A stretch of 64,000 bases of DNA from Peribolospora baueri. Its lineage: Eukaryota. Positions 1 to 11,893 of the stretch are shown here, in pieces (position 1 is the first letter of the stretch; the number at the start of each line of letters is the position of its first letter). Where the stretch lies: NCBI GenBank assembly GCA_029717555.1, contig JAMDHS010000008.1:1-64000 (forward strand), written 5' to 3'. A program made the translations under genes and the position numbers. The notes beneath the pieces are model-generated. The model was not told the origin of the DNA. It ran no database searches and saw nothing but the letters and a program-made list of their open reading frames with translations.

Positions 1-7
1 AAAAAAG

Positions 8-42
<35 letters not shown>
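1..42. repeat. Poly-A run (one interrupting G) at the window start
   Basis: Seen directly: AAAAAAG followed by about 35 A. Confidence 0.95.
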
Positions 43-44
<2 letters not shown>

Positions 45-397
45 AGGGACTGCGAGGACGGGTGACGTGTGCGCGATGAAACCAGGGTGGAAATGAGAAG
101 TACTACTACTACTATGGGGGTGTTGGGACCGGGAACACGAACGAGAAGAGGAGAAAGGCATGCGCCGGTGTCGTGTCATGAACCTGATGGAGAGAGCGGG
201 CTGAGAAGTGGCGACGATGAAGGTGATGCGAGACGGAATTGGAACCGTGTATGAAGATGAGGTCTAGTACGGTCTACTTCTATGATAGTCAGGACGAAGC
301 GAACGGAGGCCAAAGCGAGCGAACATCGACAACGAGAGGAGAAACAGAAGACGAAGGAAATGAGTGGCTTGCTGCCGGTATGGCACGGGACGGCGAC

Positions 398-1355
398 TCA
401 AAGCGCGAGCATTGCGCCGCCGACGAGACTCGCAAGCGCGAGCGCCCCCGCCATGACGAGAGACCGGGCGCTTGCCGGGAGGGAGTTGGCCGCGCTGTTT
501 CGCTGTCCGCTGCTCTCAGTGCCCGTAACGCCACTCTTGTCTTCCTGCGTCGAGGCTGAACCAGGGGAAGCCGGGATGAGCGTGGCGGAGGAGCCGACAG
601 GCTCGAACGAGGACGAGAAAGGGTACGGTGACGGGATCGGACCGCGCGAGGACGCGTCTGGGTGGGAGGCAGGTTCAGTCGAAGGAGCCCCGGTGGGGGC
701 GAGGATGGTGACGGAGAACGAGGGCGCAACGCTCGGCGAGATCGTGCCATCCACGCCACCCGCGGTGACGCCGGCCTGTTGAGCCGAGACGGGCGTAGCG
801 GTAGCGGTGGGTGTCGTCCCAAAAATGGACGTGGAGAGGGAGGGTGAGATGGGTGCGAGCGTAGCGCCGTGGGACGAGCAGTAGGATCGGGCCCAGTCGA
901 GGACTGAGGAGGGGGACACTGTGTTTGGCGTGCAAGGGAAATTTTTTTTTAAAAAAAAAGGTGAGCAAAGTTGCAGGTCATGATTGGATCTGCGTCTGGT
1001 GCAAGCCGACACTCACCATTCTGTCCCCTGCAAGCCGTAGCGCCACATTCGCTGACCAGGTCGACGTACACGCTCAGGCCACAGAGACACTTTACGTCTG
1101 TTGGGTCACATTGGCCGCGGACGTCGTCCGGGATGCCGGTGATGCAAGTCTGCATGCAAGCTGGGAAGCGATGACAACGGCGGTCAGCGAGGCTAACGGA
1201 AGACCGGCGTAAGGAGTGGACCACTGACTAGCCGCGGAAGACACGTCCAGGCGCCGGGAAAGGGGTCTTGCCACGACGGCCGCCGGCTTGGGCAACAGCA
1301 CGAGGGTGGCGCAGGCGAAGAAGAGCGAGTATGAAGCGGCGAGGGATGCACGCAT
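398..1355 (-). CDS. CFEM-domain, probably GPI-anchored, cell-surface protein (3 exons)
   Basis: Signal peptide MRASLAASYSLFFACATLVLL. Cys pattern CMQTC...CDPTDVKCLC...CGATAC...YC matches CFEM. It is followed by a Ser/Thr/Pro-rich stalk and a hydrophobic C-terminus (NSAA...LVMAGALALASLVGGAMLAL). Confidence 0.85.
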
Positions 1356-1481
1356 GTTGTTTTGAGGACCGAAAAGAGATGAAAGAGGAAGTAGTGAGAG
1401 GTTAGGAGGAAAAAGTGAAGAGAACTGGGTGGCAAGGGCACGATGGAACAGTGAGCAGGGACGAGCGACGGCGGCTGACGA

Positions 1482-1487
1482 TTTATA
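1482..1487 (-). promoter_or_regulatory. Putative TATA box of the CFEM gene
   Basis: TATAAA on the minus strand about 127 bp upstream of the ATG, followed by a CT-rich leader. Confidence 0.45.
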
Positions 1488-3250
1488 TCTTCTCAGCGCT
1501 CATCCACAGCGAGAGCGAGGAGGACATCGGCATAGGGCAGACGTCGATAATGCACATGATAAGACATCGAACGACACCGTTCACGAACTCGTTCATTCGT
1601 GAACGGACCGGCGACCGCGTTGCCGGCTGTGCGAACATCGTGGTCTAGGAAAATGAAGAGGTGTGAGAGGCGTTTGTGGCTCCATGATCCCGACGAAAGA
1701 CGGGCGTCGGAGTGGACTGTCGGCATGTAGATGTACCGGGCCTTTGATTCGGCATGAGGAGCACCTCTGCGGGCGTTGCCGGCAAGGTCGAGCGGAAGGA
1801 AAGTGGCTGATAAGTGGGTGGTGAGCGAAGGAGTGCGTAGACGTGCATGGCACAAACGCATCGAGGTATGGAAATGGCGTCGGATGACAGAATCCGGCCG
1901 TTCGGAGTGCAAATCCGGGCGGCAGGCTATGTAGAGGACCGGCCTGGATGGGAGGGAAAAGGCCGGAGGGGAGGGGGCAAAGGCGAGGATGGAGGCGAGA
2001 TAGAAAGCGAGATGGAAAGCGAGGGCGCGTATCGATGATGTGCGGCGCGGCTCGACGACGAGGTGGTCGCGCGATCAACGTCGACGGTCAAGACGCGACG
2101 ATCAAGGGAACCAACTAAGGACATATTTGTTCTAAGGCAGCAGACGCCGAAATGCTTGTCAACGTCGTTCGCGGGCCACATGCAAGACCTTTGCGTGTGC
2201 AAGACGGCGGCGATCGAGGTGCGCACCATCGATATAGACAGACAGACAAGACGCCCGGTCTCTCAACGAGCGACGACATATCACATGGGTCCCTGTGCTT
2301 CGGGACGAGGGCTTGCTCAAGAGTGCGATACGCGGAACGTGCGCCTCATTTAAGCGAGCGCCAGCGCCGGCCTCGACGCCAGCCGGGCGTGTTTGGTCGT
2401 CGTCGGTCGACGGTGGAGCCGGGACTGGTCGGGTTTATCTGCCATCAATGATCGACAAGCGGGCCGGCGGCAGCGACTTGCTCGTGAAAGCGACCGCGGC
2501 AGGAGGAAGAATCCCTTTCATCGCGGCCTCGCGCCCTGGCCTACTTGCTTCAAGGGCCAACTCCCCTGTTTTCGCCGTGCCTGCCCTAAGCCAAGTGGAT
2601 GGCGCGCAGATCATCACCGCCGATGCCGTCGTGTCCGGCCGTGCTCTGTACCTTGTTCCCTCTTTCTGCCTTTCTCCTCTGCTTTCGTCGTCCACGCTCA
2701 GTATGACGAGCCGTGCCAGCGTACTTCGTCTCTCATTTTCCCTTTGGAGCAGGGCTCATGGAACCAGACGCTGGTCGGGGTCCTGCTGCCATCCACGAGG
2801 TCCTGGTAGCGAACGTGTTGCTCCCGCTTCGGGATGAATGTCCATTCCCACTGCACATGTGAAGCATTCTCACGGCAAGCGCAAGCAAGGCGAGAAGCAG
2901 CATTCACCAGGTCCGGGTCAGGGACATTTCTCGGCCGCTCTGGTTTTCACAATCCATCCAGGGATACGCCATTCTCGTCCTTCCGTGTTATGACAGGAGC
3001 CTCTCTTGTTTCGCCTGTCCCCAAACTTCCTTTGTCATCCTCCGCCGGACGAGAACGCGAAATCCTGACGGTCTAGGGTGTCGATGGAATTCTAACCAAC
3101 GTGGGATGCTAATAACGTATCTTGCTTCATCCACGTGCGTTGAGCGCGGACGAGCATCCGTGCAAGCGAAAGATCGATACCAGCAACGTTTTGCCCTCGC
3201 CATCGAATCTATTCGCAACGCCGCCACAGCTCCCCGCCCGATGACCGAGG

Positions 3251-4358
3251 TTACGACGCCTTGACTCGAAACAGGAGCCACAGGTTGCCCATCGGCATGT
3301 TTTTCTTCCGCTCCAGCTCGAAGCCGTGCTCGCGAGCCATCGAAGCCACCCATTCAACATCGCGGAGACCGAAGCGCGAGTCTCGAGAGCGAAGGTCGGC
3401 ATCAAACTAGTAGGTGGTCAGACGGGGAGGGGTAAGAGAAAGAGTGAGGCGAGTTCGTAAATCGTAAAGACCGGCTAGGTGAGAGACTGTCCGCTCATCT
3501 ACGTCGCCTCTGTCAGTCCCACCACGACCGGTACCCAAATGTTAAGGCCACTCACCGCTCGGTTGCCTTCGCTAGTAAACCGGCCGTTCTCATTGAACGC
3601 CCCATACACTGCGATCCATCCTCTCCGGGGGTCCAGCAGCGCAGGACTAGACTTTCTACCCGCCGTCGCCGTAGGAGAAAGATGGGCGAAGACGGAATCG
3701 GTGACCTCTACCGGCGCAACGTGGAAGAGATTGTTGATCACCACACCATCGTACCCGTACGATTCTGCCGCGTTCACTGCTCTCTCCCCTCTTTCGTCGC
3801 CAATTTTAGCTCCTTCCACCTCTTCCTCCAACGCCTCAGTTAACGCCTCCCAGTCTCGCTCCTCCAACGCGTCCAACACCCTCGCCTTCCGGATATTGTG
3901 CGCCGCCTTTCCCTTTGCCAGAATCTCCTCGTCGATCTCTGTCACCAGCCGCTTGTCCGCTTCCGTGGGTTGGAATATGACCTCTGGATGGGCGGCGGCG
4001 ATGTGTAGGATCTGGACGCCGAAGCCGGAGGCGAGCTCAAGGATCCGTTGGGGTCGCCTTTTCGCAGGTTCGAAAGACGACGGCAGGGAGGTTGAGGTGG
4101 GATCAGAGGCGAGAAGCGGTTCGAGAGCGGCAAGGATGGCGATCTTGTTCCTATCAGCCGAGCCTGAAAAATAAAAGAGGAAGACGAGAGACCGAGTTCA
4201 GCTTCCATCTCTTCTCCTCTCTCTCTCCCTTCTCTTCCTTCAACGCTCTTGTCTCTCCACATGCAATCTCTTGTATCCTCACCTTCGGTGGACCAGCTCA
4301 ACCTGTATTTCGCGTCCTCCTCCCCAGAGCCCGGGTTGGGCATAAGGGCGCCGCCCAT
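3251..4358 (-). CDS. METTL26/DUF938 (UPF0585) SAM-dependent methyltransferase-like protein (3 exons; start at 4358 or 4343)
   Basis: The spliced product contains SADRNKIAIL, VYGAFNENGRFTSEGN, FDADLRSRDSRFGLRDV and MPMGNLWLLF, all typical DUF938 motifs. Stop at 3251. Confidence 0.85.
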
Positions 4359-5006
4359 CAACCACTATCTTCCAATCTATCCTGGCGTACGTCGTCCTGA
4401 TGGGATTGGATCACCCCGGGCGTCTGAACCACTTGGGACGTTTGGACACCGAGGATGCGTTTCTTGCCCTCAAATCCCCCAGAAGGTGTCACCCAGTACT
4501 TAACCCGCAGCACGGAACAGCGGCTGTCGGTCGGCTTACGGCCGATAGCCGCAGCCTACCGCAGCACTTACCTCAGGTACCTCAGGACTTGCTTCATCAG
4601 TTTTCCCGCGAGCCATCATCTTGCAGCAGAGCAACATGCGCAAAATCGCAAAGACCTGACCCTCACGGACTTCTGGTTTCGAATCTCTGTTGGCACTTTA
4701 TCCGTTTCATATCTGATTACTGGGCTGCTTTCCAACACAGTCAGTCATTGAGTGATGCTCTCCTTGTGCGAGGAGTGCACGGGCCTCGTCGAAGCGCGGC
4801 GGAGGAAAGTCGGCATGAAGCGGGAGTCAGCTTCGACCGCAGCAAATGTCTGCGGCTCCTTTCTTGGCTGATCGGGACATATATCGACTTCTGCTGGAAG
4901 GGCCGAACTTGGACTCTTCACTCACACTCCACGGCGAAAAGGGGGAAGCAACTTGCAACTCCTCTAGGAAGGACCTTCGCCGCATTTTCATTCTGCCCCC
5001 AGTCCG

Positions 5007-6635
5007 ATGCCGAGGCGCATGGTTAAAACGTGTGCTTCTGGCGGCGGCGAAGGCCAAGTCGATCGACCCGCGCCAGGAGAGGGGAAAACGACGAGGACGC
5101 CACCAGAGGCCGACCAATTAGAGAAGCAGGCGCCAGTTTCTGGCGACGACAGAGGGTGCATCGTAGAGAGGCCAGTCAGGACTGAGCCTCCACCGCCGCC
5201 CCCGCCACGTTCAAGACCTAAGACCCGTTCTTCGTCCTTGCCAAAGGCGGCTCAGCCGAAGCCTTCGGCGAGCTCAACGCCGGTGGCGTCCCCGCCGCCG
5301 ACGCCACCGAAGGGGACCTTGACGACTCACAAGGCCTTCGCACTGAGGCGCTCTGCCTCCTCCACCCAAGTCTCCCTCATATCCATCTTTCTAGCGACAC
5401 TTCGTGTTCCCATTTTGGCTCTACGCTCATTTATCTATTTCCTCTCTGCTCTCGGCCTGCCCGCTTTCTTCGCCAACGTCCTCTCGCTCGTTTTGCTCTC
5501 TTTCGCTTCGGCTTACATCGTCTACTACGTCGCGTGCGCGGCTTGGTCTGGCGTCATCCTCACTGCCTCAGTGCCTTTCGCGGTGGCCCGCACAGGTCTC
5601 AAAGCTGGCGTAAGCCACGCTGTAGGACTGGGTTCCGCGGCTGCTACTCTGCCCTGTCGGCTCCTGCCCATCTGGCCATGTCCCACACCGGCGAACTGGA
5701 GCGGCGTGTGGTCTCTTTCCGGCCTGTCTTGGACGTCCTCGGAATCATCAAAGCGCCCAGGCCTTAGTCCGCTGGACCTCCATGCGGCCGCGTACGCGAC
5801 GCACCGCGAGCTCGGTCACACGTCCTCTGTCGTGCGCACCGTCACTGCTCTGTCTTCCGGTCCGGGGGACCTAATCACAGACGCGTCTAGCCTCGAGTCC
5901 CTGGCGGCAGCGGTCAGGTACTTAAGCACCAATTTTGACGACCCAGCCGCGGTATCGAACAGCTTGGACGACCTGGGCGCATCGACGCGCACGCTCGGGA
6001 AGTCGCTTATCCGGCTGGTCGTGGCATCCAAGAACACCATGAGAGAGCAGGTGAGGCTGTACGACCAACTGCGGCTCAGGTTCGAAAGGGCGCGAGAAAA
6101 GAAGAGCTATACCGAGGAAGACGTTTTGAAGTACCGCGACTTCGTTTCCGAAGAGGTTCTTCGCGATCTCAAGCAGCTGCAAGCCGGTGCTAGCATGGCG
6201 TATAGCCTCGCATCAGACGTGGAGGACCGAGCTCGGAAGTTGAAGAACACGGCCACGCGCCAGTTGCGCCTCTCTCAAGATGCGATCGACAACCCACCAC
6301 CGCTGCAACTTCCCGATGGATCATCTGCCTTGGCGCCCTCCACCTTCCTCTCTTGGCTCCCCTCCTCCCTCTCCATACATGCTGCCGTCTCTCGCAGCCA
6401 GCGGAAAAGGCTCATTGCAGACCTCGAACTGGCCTCCGCGGTGCTCGACCGCGCGAAGCGAGCGGCGGACGACATCGGACTGCTCAGTGTGGGTCTGGAC
6501 GGGTACATTGAGGCGCTGGCGCAGGCTAGCAAAGAGCATGTGCAGGTGTTGCATTCCGGGTTGAAGGTGGAGGACCTGTTGGATATCATGGAGGAGTCGC
6601 TCTCTGAGACGAGGGAAGTCATGCGGTCTTGGTGA
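5007..6635 (+). CDS. Hypothetical 542-aa protein: Pro-rich N-terminus, hydrophobic/TM segment, helical C-terminal region; single exon
   Basis: Long uninterrupted ORF starting at ATG with plausible composition. No family recognised. Confidence 0.75.
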   Translation: MPRRMVKTCASGGGEGQVDRPAPGEGKTTRTPPEADQLEKQAPVSGDDRGCIVERPVRTEPPPPPPPRSRPKTRSSSLPKAAQPKPSASSTPVASPPPTPPKGTLTTHKAFALRRSASSTQVSLISIFLATLRVPILALRSFIYFLSALGLPAFFANVLSLVLLSFASAYIVYYVACAAWSGVILTASVPFAVARTGLKAGVSHAVGLGSAAATLPCRLLPIWPCPTPANWSGVWSLSGLSWTSSESSKRPGLSPLDLHAAAYATHRELGHTSSVVRTVTALSSGPGDLITDASSLESLAAAVRYLSTNFDDPAAVSNSLDDLGASTRTLGKSLIRLVVASKNTMREQVRLYDQLRLRFERAREKKSYTEEDVLKYRDFVSEEVLRDLKQLQAGASMAYSLASDVEDRARKLKNTATRQLRLSQDAIDNPPPLQLPDGSSALAPSTFLSWLPSSLSIHAAVSRSQRKRLIADLELASAVLDRAKRAADDIGLLSVGLDGYIEALAQASKEHVQVLHSGLKVEDLLDIMEESLSETREVMRSW

Positions 6636-7549
6636 TCGGTACTGTCCGTCTCTATCGCCTTTGTCCCTCGCGTGTCTGTCACGCTGTCTCGTCGACGTGG
6701 CCACGAACCGTGTCGTCGAAGTCCTACCCGATCCAAAGACGCTGCGCAGCAAGATGCTCGCGGCGTGCGACATGCCTGGTGGGTTTCTCTCGCGTCTTCC
6801 TCGTCCTATCCAAGAGAACGCGGTAAAAGCAAAAGCCATACAAATTATGAAGGTTTCTTTTTCAGCTACGACACTGGCGAAAATTGTCCATCTCGTCCTA
6901 CTCACCTCAGGCTCGCTTTGTGTGAATCCTAGAAACGTATGGATTCAGACAGGGTCTGATCAACCAGCGGCCGATTGACTAGTGCGATCACCTCACCTTC
7001 CTCCTGGCAGTAAAGGAGTAAGTGTGCTGAGCTAGGGCCCCATACCCTGGGACTACCCCAGGCCTTTCGCTTACCGTTTAAATGAATTAGCTCTATCGTG
7101 GTGACTACTTTGGCGTGTCCACTGGCTTGTGCTGGGAACATGTAACTGTTACCTGCACGACTTGCCGTCTTGCCGTCTCATCTGATTTTTGGTGCGAGCG
7201 TGGCCGATCTGTCAAGCATCTCGTCTTGAATATACATCATTGCGCAAACTCTTCTCCTCTTCTCTGGCCAGGAAAGGGGTTACCTATTCGAAGAAAGAGT
7301 GGTTCTCATATGCGACGCATGGAGGGGAAGGACAGAGGTTCAGACAAGCCCGAAGAGAAGAAGACCCATCAAAGGGTGATCGACGGATTTGCCTCCGTCC
7401 GCGAAGATCTGATCAGATCAGTACGATCTACGAAGACGAGCTCCTGACAGCGTTGCCGAAAAGACGGTCGTCCCCGTCTCGCCAACTACCCTGCACCGCT
7501 CCCATCCACCATCTCTCCATCTCGCGACGCAAGCCAAGCACGATCGAAA

Positions 7550-9011
7550 ATGGCCACGCCGCTCTGCCTCGTGCGAGGCAGCATCAATGTCGACGAGTTT
7601 TTTCACGGTCAGTCCCGGCGAGCTTTTGAGCTGCTGACATGCGAACACCGCTTCTCCCTTGATCTCGGCTCGCTGCTGACTTGTCCGCACCGCCGCTCCC
7701 AGTTCCTCACATTGTCCGGCCAGGGGAGACCATTTCTTCCACGTATTTTGAGCGCCGTCCAGGAGGCAAGGGCGCCAACCAGGTGAAGTGGAATTGCTCG
7801 CGCTCAAGCTCTGTAAGGGTTGGCCGCTTACCAGACCACCCTCGTCGTGTACCTAATGCCTGACTTGTGACAGGCCGTCTCTGTTGCTCGCGGAGGTGGA
7901 AAGGCGGCCATGGCGGGCGCGCTGGGCAAGGACGGTGTGTGGGTACGGGACAAGCTGGCGGACTCGGGCGTGGACACGTCGTCGCTCAAGATAGAAGAGG
8001 AAGTGAGTGGATGATTGTCGTCGATATGCGCTGGTTTGGAAACACACCGACTAAACATGCCACGACCGTGTTTGGATCATCCTCTCCGTATCTCTCACAG
8101 CTCCCCTCCGGCAGGGCGACGATCCAGCTCTCAGCGGAAGGCGAGAACTCGATCGTCCTTGTCGCGGGCGCCAATTATACCACCACTCTCTCCTCCCCAC
8201 CGTCTGTCTTCTCCTCTGCCTGCTCGAAGCCGACGCATCTCCTCTTGCAGAACGAGATTCCCCTCTCAGACACGCGCGCTTTCCTTGAATTCGCCGCCGC
8301 CAAGGGTTCGTCGTGCCTCAGCATCATGAATCCAGCTCCCATGCTGCGCCCGGAGCAGATCAAAGAGTTCCCGTGGGAGAAGCTGGACGTGCTAATTGTC
8401 AATGAAGGCGAGGCGGATGATCTTTTGAACGGGCTCAACGCCCCTCATCCTCCGCCGTCCTCCTCCTCTGCCGCAGACGAGGCAGACATTCGCCTGGAGA
8501 GGTTCGACCTCTTAGGAGACAAGTTCGGCAAGACGCGCGCTCTCATCATCACCCTCGGAAAGGAGGGCGTGGTCGCGCGGATGCGGTGCACCGGTGAGGA
8601 GGAGGGAGCGGAGGGGGCGACGAAGCGCTTCCGGCTGCCGGCTGCCAAGGGGGTCAAGGTGAAAGATACGGTGGGTCCCCGTTTGCGTCTTCGTCCGTCA
8701 CATTCAGCTGTGGCCAATGTAAGTATGGACTCTCGTAGCATGGCAGATCTGATCGTCTCCACTTCCGCCGCTTTTCCTTCCTTCGTTCGCAGACCGGCGC
8801 CGGAGACTGCTTCACCGGCTATTTCGTAGCCCAACTGATGCTGCTCACGCCCAACCCTTCCTCGCTCCCGACGCCAAAGCAGGCGAGGCAAGCGCTCCGC
8901 ATGAGCACGCTCGCAGCGGGGATCTGCGTGGCGAGACAGGGCGCGATGGAGAGCGTTCCGACGCTGGAAGAGGTGGGGCGGCGGCTGGCGGCGGAGCAGA
9001 TGGACATATGA
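7550..9011 (+). CDS. RBK1: Ribokinase (PfkB family), 5 exons
   Basis: Motifs GSINVD, PGGKGANQ, GENSIVLVAGAN, LLQNEI, NPAP, VNEGEA and the spliced DT|TGAGDCFTG. Stop TGA at 9009-9011. Confidence 0.93.
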
Positions 9012-10037
9012 GCTCGTAAACAGGCTGAGCTGGAGGACGGCGTTGGCCATTATCGTACGTGTGCATTCGCAAGGCCCAACATGGATATCTAGTCGAGCAC
9101 ACTACTTTTTTTCGTATATCCAACGAGCCTGAAACGATTACCGACGACGTGTGAGCGACAATGAAGCTCGAGCACATTCCATTAACAGCCGGTCGCCCCT
9201 GTGTCACGAACTAGTTCCGGAGTAACTGTCCGTTTCTAGTCGGACTGAGTTGTAGACTTGGCCTTGGAAAGCGCTGGCTACGATCGATGGTCCGCGTCTA
9301 CAACATATCACAGAGGTCGGAACGGGCGTAGGTCAGAATTCGAAGGGAGGCACCTGAGGGCCGGTCGCCCGAGGAGATGGGAGAAAAAGAGATGGAAAAG
9401 CCCCCAACTTCCATCGGAGGGAAAAGAAAAAAAGCCACCAAAGTTCTTCCGTGCTCAGGAATCAGCTCGGCTCCGTACTCGGAGGTGGCGGCGCCGCGTC
9501 GGCTCCATTTTCACTTTTTTTTCCTTACAAGCCCGCCACAAACAATGCGACGGCTCCGTAAGACACGGACAGCGGGCGGCTCTCGATCCTTAAAAGAGGT
9601 GGTTCCCAGCCCTTTTTAGGAAGAGACCATGTCAAGACGATGCATGGCAAAGGGAATGAGACGCAAACGCGAAGCCCGGTAATCCCTCCGCTGCGCGACG
9701 GACGGAGCCGGAGCGCAGGCAGCAGGGAGTCCGGAAGTACTCTAAGCCACAACAGCATGGCGAAAGCGCCGACGGTGCGCGAATCGCTCCACACGCGCGC
9801 GCACGCTGTCGAGCGTGAGACAGAGCGAAGAAAAGGGGGAGTGGACGGACGGTGGGGCGGGGGCCCCTATCAAAGCGGAAAAACGTAAAAGTGATGTGCA
9901 AAAAGGAGTCTCCGGGGGGGGGGGAAGAGCGATCCGCCATCGGGGACGGGCGTCGTCCGACGTTCGTTCTCGTGTCGTGTCCTGCTCACCGACATTGCCG
10001 CGACGTTGGCCGGCCGAGCTTTCCCGGTCCTGCTCGC

Positions 10038-11893
10038 TCAACTGCCGGGGTTTGAGGCGTCTGAGAAGACGGAGGGTAAGGCATTCGGAATAGTCAGCAC
10101 GGATGACCTGGAGGCCCAGGAGCCGTCGCTTGCCAGCAAAGTGCCGGCGACGAAGTGTCGCATGAAAGTGCTCACCGGCGGTCCAGAGCACTTTCTCCAC
10201 TAGTCGCTTCGCAATGTCCACGTCGTGCACCGACCATAACCTGTCCACGTCTCGATCGAAGAGACCGATAACCATGACATGCTGACCGCGAGCGAGACCG
10301 GAGGTGCAGAAGAAAAGAGGAGCGTCGAAGGGGAGACTTCAGCGGGCTTCGTCCCTGACCGTCGTTTTTAGGAAAAGCAAGTATGCTCGATCGTGCCGAC
10401 ACGAGAGACAGACAGACAGATAGACAGGCTGACGGCTCACCTCTCGACCCTTGACCTCGAATTCCATGACGGGCAAGATGAGACCAGACGCGATGACGGT
10501 ATCCCCGGAGCCCGGCTGGGCCGCTTCCTGAAGGCGGGCGAGACAATCGCCGCTGGGAAAGCCGGAAAGCTGGTTTCCGTCCTCTTTCTTTTGGCGCCGG
10601 ATGGCCTGCTTGATGAGCTTTTTGTTCATGCTCGGAAACATGGCCGGATTGCGGTAGTACAAGCCCTTCTTGGCCGTTGCGCAGGCCATGTTGACGCCAA
10701 CGTCGATGAGCGCGATTAGGGTGCCGCCGCCCGGCGGGGGGCAGGTACGAGGGCGTAAGCCGGTGGAAGCGACGAGCTCGACGGACTTGTTGTCGAGTCC
10801 GCTCCCTCCTTGCCGTCGTGCCACTAGGGACGGCGTCTTGGCCACTTGGAGAAGGTAGGCGACGTCGATCTCTAGCTTTTTCTGCACTGCTGCGAGACAC
10901 CGCCTCAGTTGGACGTTGCCGTCTTTGGACGATCCGTCCTTCTGAGAAGACGTGTTACTGGCGCTAAATGTGGAGCTGGATCGTCGAGTGGAGGGGTTGG
11001 GAGAGGGAATGTTGATCGATCGATAGGGATCACAAAAGCTGGTCGGGGAGGGAGGGACTATCCGACCGATAGCGCCTTGTTCGGCGTAGGGGTCGAAGGT
11101 GGAACTGGTCGGCGAACGGAGCGGCGACGGAGCCCAGGACGGGGACCATTGTTGGACGGGAGCGCGGCCGCCTCCCCTCGGGACCTCCGCTTCGTCTCCA
11201 GAACCGGGGTAGATGGCGATGCCGATCATGGAAGCTCGGTGGTCCACTTCTGAATCTATCGAAGAGGCGGCCAAGGAAGGGCACGACAGCTGGGAAGCCG
11301 TGGGATCGACGCCGGCCCAAAAGTCCGACATGTCCGGGCTCATAGGCGGGCTCACAGGCGTGCTCGCCGTTGATCGATCGTCGCCTTGGCCGGTCGCGGA
11401 GGCGCTCGACTCTTTGGCCGCCTTGGCCGCCGAACGGCCTCCTCCAAGCCACGACCGAGCCGACTTCCATTTTGGTCCTCGCGAACCCTCGGGCTGGAGA
11501 ACAGCCTTTTCCGGCCCCGGTGGGCGCTCTATCCTCCTCCGTGGAGCACCATGCGGTCTGACCTCCTCGCGGACGGCAAAGACAACACCACGTGGGCCAT
11601 TGTGAAGGAGAGAGTTGCGCTTGTTCCAACCGTCAAAGGTCTCTCCGGCGCCTGCTTCGCCGACCTCGTCGAGCGGCAGGAAGGAGACCGGAGCCTCGTA
11701 GAGCGGGTCGAGGACGTCTTCCACTCGCCAGGTGGCCTGAAGAGGAGTCGGGCATACGGACGAAAGGCCAGCACGGGGGACGTCAGTCGTGCGCCGCCGG
11801 CCGGGAATATCGCGTCACAGGCGGTGGGAAAAAACCCTCTTCGCTCACCGTGGCCGTGCCTGGCGAGGTGACGATGGCCGCACTGCCCATCAT
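10038..11893 (-). CDS. Hypothetical protein with a Ser/Pro-rich N-terminal half and a possible GAF-like C-terminal domain
   Basis: Exon 1 (MMGSAAIVTSPGTAT, GTGAGC donor) joins the 461-aa ORF in frame. A later exon reads HVMVIGLFDRDVDRLWSVHDVDIAKRLVE. The last exon and stop (DASNPGS*) are inferred. Confidence 0.65.

Noticed and set aside
7029..7095. Short hairpins (CCTGGG/CCCAGG inside GAGCTA/TAGCTC) as a possible ncRNA
   Set aside because: Stems are only 6 bp, with no snRNA/snoRNA motif; expected by chance.
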